Assembly (NCBI GenBank): GCA_035649095.1
Contig: DASRKF010000142.1
Location: 1-45,856, forward strand
Length of the DNA stretch: 45,856 nucleotides
Source: Candidatus Deferrimicrobium sp.
Lineage (GTDB): Bacteria; Caldisericota; Caldisericia; Cryosericales; Cryosericaceae
Direction of reading: 5' to 3'
Below the pieces are notes generated by a model. It did not search any database and was not told where the DNA came from. It saw nothing but the letters and a program-made list of their open reading frames with translations. Positions 18,030 to 27,366 of the stretch are shown here, piece by piece; position 1 is the stretch's first letter, and each line of letters opens with the position of its first letter. A program made the translations under genes and the position numbers.

Positions 18030-18827
18030 ATGAGCGCAACAAGGATTCTTCCGGTAGCAGTACGCAACGCAGGCGACCTTGCCACGATATGTGCAGGAGA
18101 AGGCGCAAAGTCCGATCCATTGTGGGAACGGGCGACCAAGGCCAAGAGACAGTGGGTCCGCGATCGTCTCGCCGAGCTGGGCACGTTTGCCTGGGTCGCC
18201 TACAACGGAGCTGACCCTATCGGCATGATCCAGTGTCATCCCGACCGCGACCCCATGGGCGTGGGTGTGGCCGTTATCGACTGCATCTGGGTCCCCAAGA
18301 AATCCCGGTGGGGGAGGGGTATCGGCAGCAAGCTTCTGGCAGAAGTCGAGACGACCATGCAGCGCCAGCATCGCTGGTTCGACGGCAAGCCTGCCGACGG
18401 CATGGCCGCCATAGCCTTTCATGGCGAAGCCGAGGGCCAGCAGTCCGCCGAATCGTTCTATGTGCACCACGGGTTTGTCCACGTGGATGGCGACCCGGAC
18501 ATCATGTTCAAGCCCTTCCTGCCGGAAACCGTCTGGACCCCAACTCCCCGCGCAGTCGTGACACCGACGTCGCTACCTGACGATCAGGCTCGCGTCACGG
18601 TGCTGCTCGGACCTCTCTCGTGTCCGTTCCAGTACCGCATCCTCGGCCAGACCGCCACGTATGTCGGCGAGAAGCTCGGCTTGACGGTCACCGAGGTGGA
18701 CGCCGTGAACGATCCCGAAGGCTACCTGGCTCACGGCGGCCTCACTGGCATCCTCGTGAACGGCCACCTGCTCGGATATGACCTTCTACGGCGTGAGAAA
18801 CTCGACGAGGAGCTACGCGGATTGTAG
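18030..18827 (+). CDS. GNAT family acetyltransferase (YoaP-like C-terminus)
   Basis: IDCIWV...WGRGIGSKLL motif A, FYVHHGF, C-terminal CPF. Confidence 0.8.
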   Translation: MSATRILPVAVRNAGDLATICAGEGAKSDPLWERATKAKRQWVRDRLAELGTFAWVAYNGADPIGMIQCHPDRDPMGVGVAVIDCIWVPKKSRWGRGIGSKLLAEVETTMQRQHRWFDGKPADGMAAIAFHGEAEGQQSAESFYVHHGFVHVDGDPDIMFKPFLPETVWTPTPRAVVTPTSLPDDQARVTVLLGPLSCPFQYRILGQTATYVGEKLGLTVTEVDAVNDPEGYLAHGGLTGILVNGHLLGYDLLRREKLDEELRGL

Positions 18828-18842
18828 AATACCCTGCCAGGC

Positions 18843-19845
18843 TCAGTTCGAAGGCGGCTCAGACGGGGCCGCAACACCAAAGAGCGGTCCCGTCGTCTTT
18901 CGGAGAACATCAATGTTGGGGATGACGTACGACACGCCGTCCACGTACTGTGGCATCCCGGGGAAGGGGACCGATTCCACATCTTTCTCCGCGACGTCCT
19001 TGTACATCATTCCGATGCGCGCCATGACGTTGAACGACATATCGGTTGTCACCACCGCCTGCACAGCACGGATGATCGCAGGCAGACGCAGCAGCGTCCG
19101 TACGTCTTTCGTCTGATCGACGAGGGCTGCCAGGAGCTTCTTCTGGCGCTCCACACGCCCGTGGTCCTCACCAGACCACGTGCCGAAGTCCCCAACGGCA
19201 TCCATCCTGAAGCGCACATATTCCAGCGCGTGCTTGCCGTCGAGATGCTGAACGCCCGGGTACAGGTCGATGAACACATCGACCGCCTTGTAGTACATCC
19301 GCTCCTCGACGTCGATCGTCACGCCGCCCAAGGCGTCGATGACGGCGGCAAACCCCGCAAAATCGGTTTTGACCGTATAGTCGATGCGCAGACCCGGCAA
19401 TAGGTCCGTTGTGATGGTATCGATCAACAGACTGGTCCCACCGTCCCGGTAGTATCCACTGGAAGCCTGGTTCAGCTTGTTGACGCCATGGCCGGGGATC
19501 GTGACGCGTGTGTCACGTGGAAGAGACAGCAGGCGTACATGTTTTGTCACCGGGTCCAGCCGCACGAGTATGATCGTGTCTGCACGACCGGGGTCACTCG
19601 TCACGCGGGAGTCGGCCCCAAGCAATAGAATGTTGATGGGTTTGTTGAGATCGGGCTCCGGCTGGAGAGGTATTGGGGGTACCATACGCTGCGCAGGGGG
19701 GGGGATGGTCGACAGCTCCCGGTACCGTGTCACCAGTAATGACGGAGGCTGTGGGCACAGCACGTGACACAGCGACGACGCCGGCAAGCAACGCCGTTAT
19801 CGCCAGTAGTGCCAGGATCGTGTGCAGGGTATGCTTCTGTACCAC
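18843..19845 (-). pseudogene. LCP (LytR-CpsA-Psr) family protein, frameshifted in a homopolymer tract
   Basis: AAGGAG + GTG start at 19845 gives a TM helix in one frame; the catalytic domain (INILLLGAD, RADTI, SLPRDT, YVRFR, RVERQ) is in another frame; removing one base of the G9 run at 19696-19704 joins them. Confidence 0.8.
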
Positions 19846-20015
19846 CTTCTGCTCCTTGTGCTCGTCAGCAAACCAGTTTTTCAGTATACAGCGTCGTCGA
19901 GCATTTCCAACGTCGGCACGATGTTGCATGTAAGTGACGCCGTGCCATACTATCAATAATTGGAACGACAGACAGGTTCAGATGGTTCTGACAGCCAGTG
20001 AGCTGGGAGGACACG

Positions 20016-20462
20016 ATGAGTACAAGACTGCGCCAGATTGACCGACATCACAAAGTAGAGTTCATGGACGCCAACGTCTCCGAAGAACTTGAGCGGTTCA
20101 TGTCCCGCAACCTGGACACGATCGCCGGCAGCGGACCGGACACTGATTATGCTTCCTATGCTATCGTCAGCGATGACGGCAGAATCGTCGGCTTCATCAT
20201 GGTCGGGCAGAAACCGGAGGAAGGAAGTTACTGGCTGGCCAAGCTCATGATCGACACCTGCGAGCGCCAAAAGGGATACGGGACGTCGGCGCTGCGGCTG
20301 GCGATCCAGATGCTGCAGGAGAACTCTGGATGCAAATCCGTACAGGTAACCTACCACCGCGACAACATTGCGGCCAAGACCATGCTCGAGCGCCTGGGGT
20401 TCATCTCCAACGGCGATGGAAAAGACAGCCCGATCGTGGCCACCCTCACTGTCAGCAACTAA
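20016..20462 (+). CDS. GNAT family acetyltransferase (polyamine acetyltransferase-like)
   Basis: LMID...QKGYG, YHRDN.AA....ERLGF; GGGAGG RBS. Confidence 0.85.
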   Translation: MSTRLRQIDRHHKVEFMDANVSEELERFMSRNLDTIAGSGPDTDYASYAIVSDDGRIVGFIMVGQKPEEGSYWLAKLMIDTCERQKGYGTSALRLAIQMLQENSGCKSVQVTYHRDNIAAKTMLERLGFISNGDGKDSPIVATLTVSN

Positions 20463-20470
20463 CAGGGTTA

Positions 20471-20875
20471 TCAGCGGCCTGCGGTACCCGATTCGTGCCG
20501 CGACTGGTTGAAACCGAACAGGGCAGCCACGCTCGGGACAAGGTACAGGAGCGTGCCCATCACACGCGAATCCCGATTGAGGCGCAGCGGCTCTGCCAGC
20601 AGGAGAACCAGCACGAGTCCCAGGGCCGCGCCGAAGATGCCCCGCCACAGGCTGTGAGGAAAACGCAATCGCCACGCCACCAGCCACATGCCGGCCACAA
20701 ATCCAACGGGAAAGGCAAGGACACTTCCAAACAGAGCCCCGATGATGTCTCCCCACCCACTGCTGGCTCCGCTGCCCAGCTTCGCTCCCGCCCAGCTGCC
20801 CAGCAGCAGCATGCAGCCTCCCAGAACAACGCCCGCGGCCAGTTCCAGAAACGTCACCCGCAGTGACTGTTTCAT
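20471..20875 (-). CDS. Small membrane protein (about 4 TM helices)
   Basis: Gly-rich hydrophobic segments; co-oriented downstream of the ADH-like gene. Confidence 0.7.
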   Translation of the reverse strand: MKQSLRVTFLELAAGVVLGGCMLLLGSWAGAKLGSGASSGWGDIIGALFGSVLAFPVGFVAGMWLVAWRLRFPHSLWRGIFGAALGLVLVLLLAEPLRLNRDSRVMGTLLYLVPSVAALFGFNQSRHESGTAGR

Positions 20876-20904
20876 GGACACATTACGCTCCACTGCCGGC
20901 ACAC

Positions 20905-22047
20905 CTAGAGGACGGGCTTGAGCAGCTCGACCACGTCGCGCGCCGTCAGGATGCGCAGTTTCCCGAGCGGACCCTCGGAAAGCGCATTGAACGCGATGTC
21001 GCGGAGCTCACCGGCTGCAATGCCAAGGTCTCCCAGCGTTGACGGAGCCCCCCAGTGCTGAAACGCCGTCTTCATGGCCGTGATGCCTTCTTCGACGGTA
21101 CCTGCGCCCCATACGGCTCTCGCCCACCGCTGGAACTGGCCGGGGTTGTTCTCGCGCTGGTAGGTCATCCAGGCGGGAAGGATGACCGCCATGCCGGCTC
21201 CATGAGCTACTTCGGGGTGCAGAGCACTCATCGCGGATTCGATGCTGCGAGCCGACCAGTCGCTGTCCTCGATGCCGGCGGAACTCAGACCGTTCATGGC
21301 CAGCGTGGCCGCCCAGGCGAGGTTCGCGCGCGCACCATAGTCGGCGTGGTCTGCCTGCAACTGATCTACCATCTTGATGACCGTGCGCATCAGCCCCTCG
21401 CCGAGCGCAAGCGTCGTCTCCTCGAACGACCCCACCAGGTAGGTGGCCATGATATGACTGAGGACGCCAATGGCACCGTTCACGGTCTGGCGCCATGGCA
21501 GGCTGGTCTGCACACTCGGATCCACGATCGCAAACCGGGGATACAGGACAGGAGAGGAAATACTCCACTTCCTGTGCTGTTCGCTCTCCGTCAGGACAGC
21601 CCACGAGTCCATCTCGCTGCCGGAAGCCGAGATCGTCAGAACGACGAAGACCGGGAGCGCCTTGTCGATCGGACACCGTTTCTCGAAACAGCTCCAGAGG
21701 TTGTCGACATATACACCCGCTGCAACGCATTTGGCCGTGTCGATGACGCTGCCACCGCCGACAGCCAGCACGCTGTCCACCTGCTGCTCACGGGCGATCT
21801 GCACCAGTTGCTGGGCAAGTGCCAGCTCAGGATTGGGCCGAACACCCCAGGCTTCTACCACATTGATACCCGACACACTCAGGGACTGGGTGACAGCCTG
21901 ATAGACACCGTTTTCGCGGATGGAACCGCCACCGGCTATCAACAGCACTTTGTGAGCACCTTCGCGAGCGACGGCCGGACCTACCTGCTGTACGGTCCCG
22001 CGACCGAAGATCACCCGCGTCGGATTGTAGAACTCGAAACTGTGCAT
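20905..22047 (-). CDS. Iron-containing alcohol dehydrogenase family protein (BdhA/YqhD-like), metal site degenerate
   Basis: FEFYNPTRVIFG, GGGSIR, AVGGGSVIDTAK, TISASGSE, HGAG. Confidence 0.88.
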   Translation of the reverse strand: MHSFEFYNPTRVIFGRGTVQQVGPAVAREGAHKVLLIAGGGSIRENGVYQAVTQSLSVSGINVVEAWGVRPNPELALAQQLVQIAREQQVDSVLAVGGGSVIDTAKCVAAGVYVDNLWSCFEKRCPIDKALPVFVVLTISASGSEMDSWAVLTESEQHRKWSISSPVLYPRFAIVDPSVQTSLPWRQTVNGAIGVLSHIMATYLVGSFEETTLALGEGLMRTVIKMVDQLQADHADYGARANLAWAATLAMNGLSSAGIEDSDWSARSIESAMSALHPEVAHGAGMAVILPAWMTYQRENNPGQFQRWARAVWGAGTVEEGITAMKTAFQHWGAPSTLGDLGIAAGELRDIAFNALSEGPLGKLRILTARDVVELLKPVL

Positions 22048-22109
22048 GCGTCACCTCTTTCGCGCCGGTCCAGCGCGTCCTTTCAGACTAGCACCTGTGA
22101 CAGACTGGT

Positions 22110-22679
22110 TCAAGCATGCCGTGCCAGGGTGGGCAGTATTCCGAACATATACCAGACCCCTGGCCCCACGGTTCGACCCGCCGCCTGCTCGCTCAGGAGG
22201 AAGGCTGGAATTTCATCCTTCATCATCAGAACGACCTCGATTTCCTCGCTCGGCTCCAGCTCCTGCTGAGGATGCTGATTGAGCGGGTCCGTCTCGTCGA
22301 TCTCCGCGCTGAGAATATACTGGTCGTCGTTGGACATCCCGACGTTCACCTTCAAGGGACCGCTCGACGCGACGATGTGGCCGACGAAACCCGTCTCTTC
22401 ACGCAATTCGCGAAGAGCCTCGACCTCGGGGTCGCTTCCCGCCGGCGCGGCACCTGCGCAGAATCCAATGACGGTGTTCTCAATGGCCTGGCGGTACTGC
22501 CGCAGTAGCACGTATCGTCCGCTGGGCATCAGCCGTGCCACGACCACGACGACGTATGTATCCGTCGCGTGGGCGATGCACTCCCAATACACCTCTTCGC
22601 CACTCTCGCTCATGAAGGTGTCTTCGCGAAGGACGAGCCAGTTCCCTTTCCCAATGATGCGTTCCCCTGTTTTTTTTAT
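22110..22679 (-). CDS. NUDIX hydrolase (ADP-ribose pyrophosphatase-like)
   Basis: QYR, ALRELREETG Nudix box, LEPSEEIEV; the frame is open upstream to an ATA at 22679 behind AAGGAG. Confidence 0.85.
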   Translation of the reverse strand: MKKTGERIIGKGNWLVLREDTFMSESGEEVYWECIAHATDTYVVVVVARLMPSGRYVLLRQYRQAIENTVIGFCAGAAPAGSDPEVEALRELREETGFVGHIVASSGPLKVNVGMSNDDQYILSAEIDETDPLNQHPQQELEPSEEIEVVLMMKDEIPAFLLSEQAAGRTVGPGVWYMFGILPTLARHA

Positions 22680-22764
22680 GTCCCTGTCTCCTTACCGTCT
22701 ACAATATGACGCGCTGGACAGACGGTACCAGCATAGTACCTTTTCGCCGCAGTGCTCGTCGTGG

Positions 22765-23586
22765 CTAGTCCGGTTCCACTGTCAACGCGCCGATCCCGGG
22801 ACGCCAGTCCAACACGGCGATATCTCCAACGTTGTCGAAGCCGAGCCGGGTATATAACTGCACGACCTCGGGGTGTGCCTGCAACACTAGATGCGAATAA
22901 CCCATACGACCTGCCTGGGCCAGAGCCTGCCGGGTGAGCAGGATGCCTGCTCCACGTTTTCGGAACATCTCAGGCACACCAAGCCAGTGCAGTCCCGCCA
23001 CGCCGTCACCCGCAAACAGCAGTGCACCACCTACCGCGGTCCCGTCCTGCAATGCCGTCAGACGATGCCAGCGGCCGGAAAGAATGCCGGTCTCCGTAAG
23101 CACTGACTCCATGTCATGAAACTGTGTCAGGCCAAACCCTTCGAGCACGACGCGCATCCACTGCTCCCGTTCATCCGCGGAGACTGATTCGACTACTGTG
23201 ATGTCCGACGGTGCCTCATCTACACCCTCTGGATCGTCGACCGAGCGAAGCATGCCCGTCCAGAAATATCGCAGCTCAAGCCCATGACTCGTCAGCCGCG
23301 TCGTGAGGTCATTGGGCCTGGAACAGCCGTCGACATACCAGGTAACCGGCACGGCAGCACGGCGAAACGGCAACAGGAGCTGCTCGATGCCCTGATCGGC
23401 GGTGTTCGCACTGAGACGAGCCCTGAAGATGCGATTGCGGTCGACTTGCGGCGCCCGCACAGAAGAAGCGGACGCGTCCCCCAGGATATATGTTCCCGGC
23501 TGGCCGTCCACGGTCAGGAAGTACTGCGCCATCTCCTCGCTGACGAGACAGGCACCAGCCTCCATCGTCAGATTTCCCAGAGCCAT
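22765..23586 (-). CDS. GNAT family acetyltransferase
   Basis: AGLHWLGVPEMFRKRGAG, LQA...LYTRLGF; GGAGAGG RBS before MALGNL. Confidence 0.85.
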   Translation of the reverse strand: MALGNLTMEAGACLVSEEMAQYFLTVDGQPGTYILGDASASSVRAPQVDRNRIFRARLSANTADQGIEQLLLPFRRAAVPVTWYVDGCSRPNDLTTRLTSHGLELRYFWTGMLRSVDDPEGVDEAPSDITVVESVSADEREQWMRVVLEGFGLTQFHDMESVLTETGILSGRWHRLTALQDGTAVGGALLFAGDGVAGLHWLGVPEMFRKRGAGILLTRQALAQAGRMGYSHLVLQAHPEVVQLYTRLGFDNVGDIAVLDWRPGIGALTVEPD

Positions 23587-23814
23587 ATCAGTCCTCTCCC
23601 TCTTCACGACCGCTGTGATCATCGCCCAATGCCTGCTCAACCAGCCCTTGCACGTTAGCCATCGTCGACCTCCTGTCGCCGGAGCATTGCTGTTGCTGCA
23701 CAGCAACGCTGTTCCTGCCCCTATTCTACACAGTGGGTACTCCAACGCAACCATGTTGCGCTATACTGGAAACACGAGTCTGGTGCGTCTCTGCCAGACC
23801 ATTCAGGAGACAAC

Positions 23815-24354
23815 ATGCCCAAACTTGTTAAAGCACCATCAACAGCATTGAGTGTGGCGCCGGCAGTCCTCGTGACTGCGGGCACGATGGAATCATCTGA
23901 CATCACGACCCTCGCCTGGGTCGGTACAGTGTGCTCGAAACCCCCGATGATCGGCATCGGTGTCCGTCCAGAACGCTGGCTGCATCACTTTATCGTCGAG
24001 GGAGGCGCCTTCGTCGTCAACGTGGCGGATGTTGCTCACGCCCGGGAACTCGACCTCTGCGGCATGGTGTCCGGCAAGGATACCGACAAGTGGAAGCTGA
24101 GCGCTCTTACCCGCGAACAGGGAACGGCCACAGCCGTGCCATTGGTGGCGGAGTGCCCCCTCAACATCGAGTGCGTCGTGCGCCAGACCCTGCACCTCGG
24201 CAGCCACGACCTGTTCATCGGCGAGGTCGTCGCCGTCCACATGGACGAGCGCGCCCAGAAAGGCGGGCATACCCTGGACCCAGTCTGCTTCGTGGGTGGG
24301 CAGTACTGGAAGCTGGGGGATCTCATCGGCTCCATGGGATTCTCGCGCAAGTAG
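23815..24354 (+). CDS. Flavin reductase family protein
   Basis: PAVLVT, PPMIGIGVRPER, FVVNV, CGMVSGKDTDK, ECPLNIEC, GSHDLFIGEV. Confidence 0.92.
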   Translation: MPKLVKAPSTALSVAPAVLVTAGTMESSDITTLAWVGTVCSKPPMIGIGVRPERWLHHFIVEGGAFVVNVADVAHARELDLCGMVSGKDTDKWKLSALTREQGTATAVPLVAECPLNIECVVRQTLHLGSHDLFIGEVVAVHMDERAQKGGHTLDPVCFVGGQYWKLGDLIGSMGFSRK

Positions 24355-24549
24355 CCAGGACTTCCGGTCCGCAACCCGCTCCCGACACTGTAGTGTGACA
24401 ACACCGCTCGGCGTTCATTCGCATTTGCCCTTGTAGAAATCTCGCCATACCCTATTCTTCAGCTAGAATACGAGAACAGACTACCCACCGTGGCTTCGGC
24501 CGATGGGCAGTGGTCTGGTCTTGACATATCGAGTTTGGGAGAGAAGGAG

Positions 24550-25002
24550 ATGCGAATGAGGAAGATACTTGTTGCAGTGACACTCTTGGCGCTTGTCGTC
24601 GGTCTGGCGGGGTGCGGAGCGCCCAAGCAGCCTGCGGCCACCGATCCAGGCCTGGATACCACGGGAAACACCAACCACACTATTGTCGAGGTCGATGCCA
24701 AGAAGGTCGAGGAGCTTATCCAGACGGACCGCGACCTCGTCATCATCGACGTCTCCGGCAAATGGGCCGAGGGGCATATCGTGGGTGCACTCGACACGCC
24801 GCTGGACAAGCTGCAGACCATCATCAACAGCAACTTCACGCTCAATGCCAGCAAGCACTACGTCGTGTATTCACACGATGAGGAAACCAGCAAGAAAGCG
24901 GCCAACATGTTGCTGACAAGCTCCTTCACGGTCATCAACCGCCTGGTAGGAGGGTATGACGCGTGGGTGGCGAACGGCGGCTATACCGAAAAGCAGCCCT
25001 GA
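24550..25002 (+). CDS. Rhodanese-fold lipoprotein (no catalytic Cys)
   Basis: Lipobox LAGC; IIDV...GHIVGA, VVYS, LVGGYDAW; AAGGAG RBS. Confidence 0.85.
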   Translation: MRMRKILVAVTLLALVVGLAGCGAPKQPAATDPGLDTTGNTNHTIVEVDAKKVEELIQTDRDLVIIDVSGKWAEGHIVGALDTPLDKLQTIINSNFTLNASKHYVVYSHDEETSKKAANMLLTSSFTVINRLVGGYDAWVANGGYTEKQP

Positions 25003-25069
25003 TCCCCATAGACGACAACAGCCCCGACCTCATATGGCCGGGGCTTCTGCATTTCCTGCCGTCCGCCGT

Positions 25070-25636
25070 TCAGGAGTGTGCCCCTCGTGGCAGGTTGACG
25101 TCAATGGCATGACCCAGGCGGCGCTCGACTTCTTCGGTGTAGGTGCCTGAGCGTTTCTCGCCATCTTCGATTGCCTGCTCCGCACGCGCATGGCCGACAG
25201 CTGCGAACCAGTCCCGCGCAGCGATGCGCTCCATCCACTTGTGAATCCGAGTCAGCTCGGTCTCGTTTTCCTCGATCTCGGCGTACGTGAACTTCTCCTT
25301 CTCGGTCTCGCGGTCCAGTTCATACACCAGGCGTTCGCACTGCTCCACGATCTCATCGTAATCTCCATCGCGCTGTAGCTGAAACGCAGCAATCACTCGA
25401 GCATCATCTTCTTCATCGATGAACTCCATCCTCCCAACGAGAACCTCACCCCCGCTGGACACCACCTCGGCTTTGAGAGCGAGCACCTGCGCGAGCAGGG
25501 TCTCCGTCATTGGCAGCACGGCGGCCCCCTGCTGGACGTAGACCGCGCCCAGCTCCTTCAGCTTCCTCCACAGGTACACGCGCGTGCGTGAGGGCTCTGT
25601 GGGGACCTTGTACGTGATAGTCAGCCAAGTCTTCAT
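25070..25636 (-). CDS. ChrB N-terminal-like (chromate resistance regulator family) protein
   Basis: WLTITYKVPTEPSRTRVYLWRKLKELGAVYVQ...EKFTYAEIEENE...RDWF; ATGA overlap with the MFS gene. Confidence 0.82.
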   Translation of the reverse strand: MKTWLTITYKVPTEPSRTRVYLWRKLKELGAVYVQQGAAVLPMTETLLAQVLALKAEVVSSGGEVLVGRMEFIDEEDDARVIAAFQLQRDGDYDEIVEQCERLVYELDRETEKEKFTYAEIEENETELTRIHKWMERIAARDWFAAVGHARAEQAIEDGEKRSGTYTEEVERRLGHAIDVNLPRGAHS

Positions 25637-26907
25637 GCTGTCGCCGACGGCTCGAACCTTCCACTGGCTCGCATCAGGACCGTGAGGGCAATCATGGCCA
25701 CGAACGCGAGGATAGACCCGAAGATGAACGGGGCACTCGGGTTGATGCGTTGCCACAGGATGCCTGCAATGACACTGGCAGGCAAGGCACTGACTCCCAC
25801 GGCGGCGTTGTACAGGCCGAAGGCGGTGCCACGCTTCTCGGATTGCGGGACGAGGTCGGCGACCAGCGCGCTCGCGACACCATCTGTCATGGCGTAGTAG
25901 ACACCGTACAGGGCATACAGCGCCCATACCTGCCATCCCTGTGTGGCCAACCCGAAGCCCAGGTACACGAGGGCGTAGACCAGCCAGCCGGCGCGGATGA
26001 CATGGTTGCGTCCGATGCGGTCCGACACGATGCCGGCAGGAATAGACAAGGCCGACGTCACGCCCTTCCACATGGCCAGCATCAGGAAGATCTGCACGAT
26101 ATCCAGACCAGCCTTCTGCGCCTTGAGCATAAGAAATGCGTCGCTGCTGTTGCCCAGCGTGAAGACGACGATGATGACCAGGAACGTCTTGAAACGCCAG
26201 TCGAATCCAGAGAGCGAAAGGTTCAGCGTCCTGAGGTTTCCCGTCCGTGGCGCGTTCTCACGAACGAAGGCAGCGATCAGGGGAAGAGCCAAAACGGCGG
26301 GGATACTTACCATGATGATCAGTTTCTGATAGATCGAGCGTGTCAGTGTCATCGCCGCCGCAGAGCCGCTGGCGGCAACCATGCCGGCCGCAGCCAGCAT
26401 GCCGAAGACGGACCCGAGCGTGTCCATGGAGCGGCCATACCCGAAGGAGCGGCCGAGTTTCTTCTTCTCGGACGAGTCGGCCAGCAGAGCATCCTTGGGG
26501 GACGAACGGACTCCCTTGCCGGTACGGTCTGCAAAGCGCAGGAATGCGGCAAAGGGCCACGAGCTGACGAAATACAGCAGCGGCTTTGTGACATTGGAGA
26601 TGGCGTAGCCACTGAATGCCAGCCACTTGCGCTTCTTCATCCTGTCCGACAGCCAGCCGAAGACCCACTTCAGGATCGTGGCCGTCGACTCCGCCAGTCC
26701 CTCGATGAACCCGATGATCGCCGGCTTGACGCCCAGCGCATTGGCCAGGAACAGTGGCAGGATCTTGACCGTCACCTCGCTGCTGAAATCTGTCAGCATC
26801 GACACGAAGCCAAAGACGAAGACGTTCTGGCTCAGCCCGAAGAACTTGCGCTGCGGTCTCTCCTGGCTCGTCTCCACTCCCGTGTTCACTTCACCTGCGT
26901 TTCCCAT
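25633..26907 (-). CDS. MFS transporter
   Basis: About 12 TM helices; GWLSDRMKKRK, RFADRTGKGVR, FTLGNSSDAFL, SDRIGR. Confidence 0.92.
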   Translation of the reverse strand: MGNAGEVNTGVETSQERPQRKFFGLSQNVFVFGFVSMLTDFSSEVTVKILPLFLANALGVKPAIIGFIEGLAESTATILKWVFGWLSDRMKKRKWLAFSGYAISNVTKPLLYFVSSWPFAAFLRFADRTGKGVRSSPKDALLADSSEKKKLGRSFGYGRSMDTLGSVFGMLAAAGMVAASGSAAAMTLTRSIYQKLIIMVSIPAVLALPLIAAFVRENAPRTGNLRTLNLSLSGFDWRFKTFLVIIVVFTLGNSSDAFLMLKAQKAGLDIVQIFLMLAMWKGVTSALSIPAGIVSDRIGRNHVIRAGWLVYALVYLGFGLATQGWQVWALYALYGVYYAMTDGVASALVADLVPQSEKRGTAFGLYNAAVGVSALPASVIAGILWQRINPSAPFIFGSILAFVAMIALTVLMRASGRFEPSATA

Positions 26908-26931
26908 GCACTGCACCTCTCCTGTGATACA

Positions 26932-26973
26932 TGTAACTGTCGTTACAGTATACCTGCCGTTACACGACGTCAA
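26932..26973 (-). promoter_or_regulatory. Promoter plus palindromic operator of the MFS-chrB operon
   Basis: TTGACG-N15-TATACT (minus strand) overlapped by the TGTAAC-N4-GTTACA palindrome (26932-26947), with a further TGTAAC half-site in the spacer. Confidence 0.6.
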
Positions 26974-26991
26974 GAGGGTGAGGCAACAATT

Positions 26992-27066
26992 TGGTTGCGA
27001 CAATTAGAGTCGGGACATTTGACATTAAGTCGGGACATTTGACATTAAGTTGGGTAATTGATGATG
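26992..27066 (+). mobile_element. Putative transposon terminus (type L) at the island border, with tandem 20-bp sites
   Basis: TGGTTGCGACAATTAGAGTCG, then AGTCGGGACATTTGACATTA twice exactly (27008-27047), then AGTTGGGTAATTGATGA; homologous to 38702 and 41580. Confidence 0.6.
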
Positions 27067-27366
27067 TCCGCAGTGATGAAATGAGCTTCAGTATCGCCCC
27101 CCGACACTTATTACATCAGTGTCTGCGGCCGCGATGACGTCGCCGATCCGAAGTGTCCAGAGTGTCGCTCCCCTCCCGTCTCTCTTGTTTGGCCTCTCCC
27201 CGTGGCTACAATTCGTTGATGATGCTACACTACTAGAGGAAAGGGCGGCGCGACTGCCTTGATAACTACGCCGAAGGGGAGCATGAACTATGATCGAGCA
27301 TACACGAACCTTCACGACCAATCTTACGGCGGGGAATGGCACTAACTAGAACAGAAGAGGTGCAGG

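Noticed and set aside
65-27042. Long antisense ORFs (e.g. 65-928, 21055-22269, 25750-27042)
   Set aside because: Shadow frames of well-supported genes on the opposite strand in GC-rich DNA.
27008-27060. 20-bp tandem repeat as a CRISPR array or iteron set
   Set aside because: The units are contiguous with no spacers, and no cas or rep gene is present; better explained as part of the repeated terminus family.
26940-27360. tRNA or tmRNA attachment site at the island border
   Set aside because: No cloverleaf or T-loop consensus is visible; I recognised no tRNA or rRNA gene anywhere in the window.
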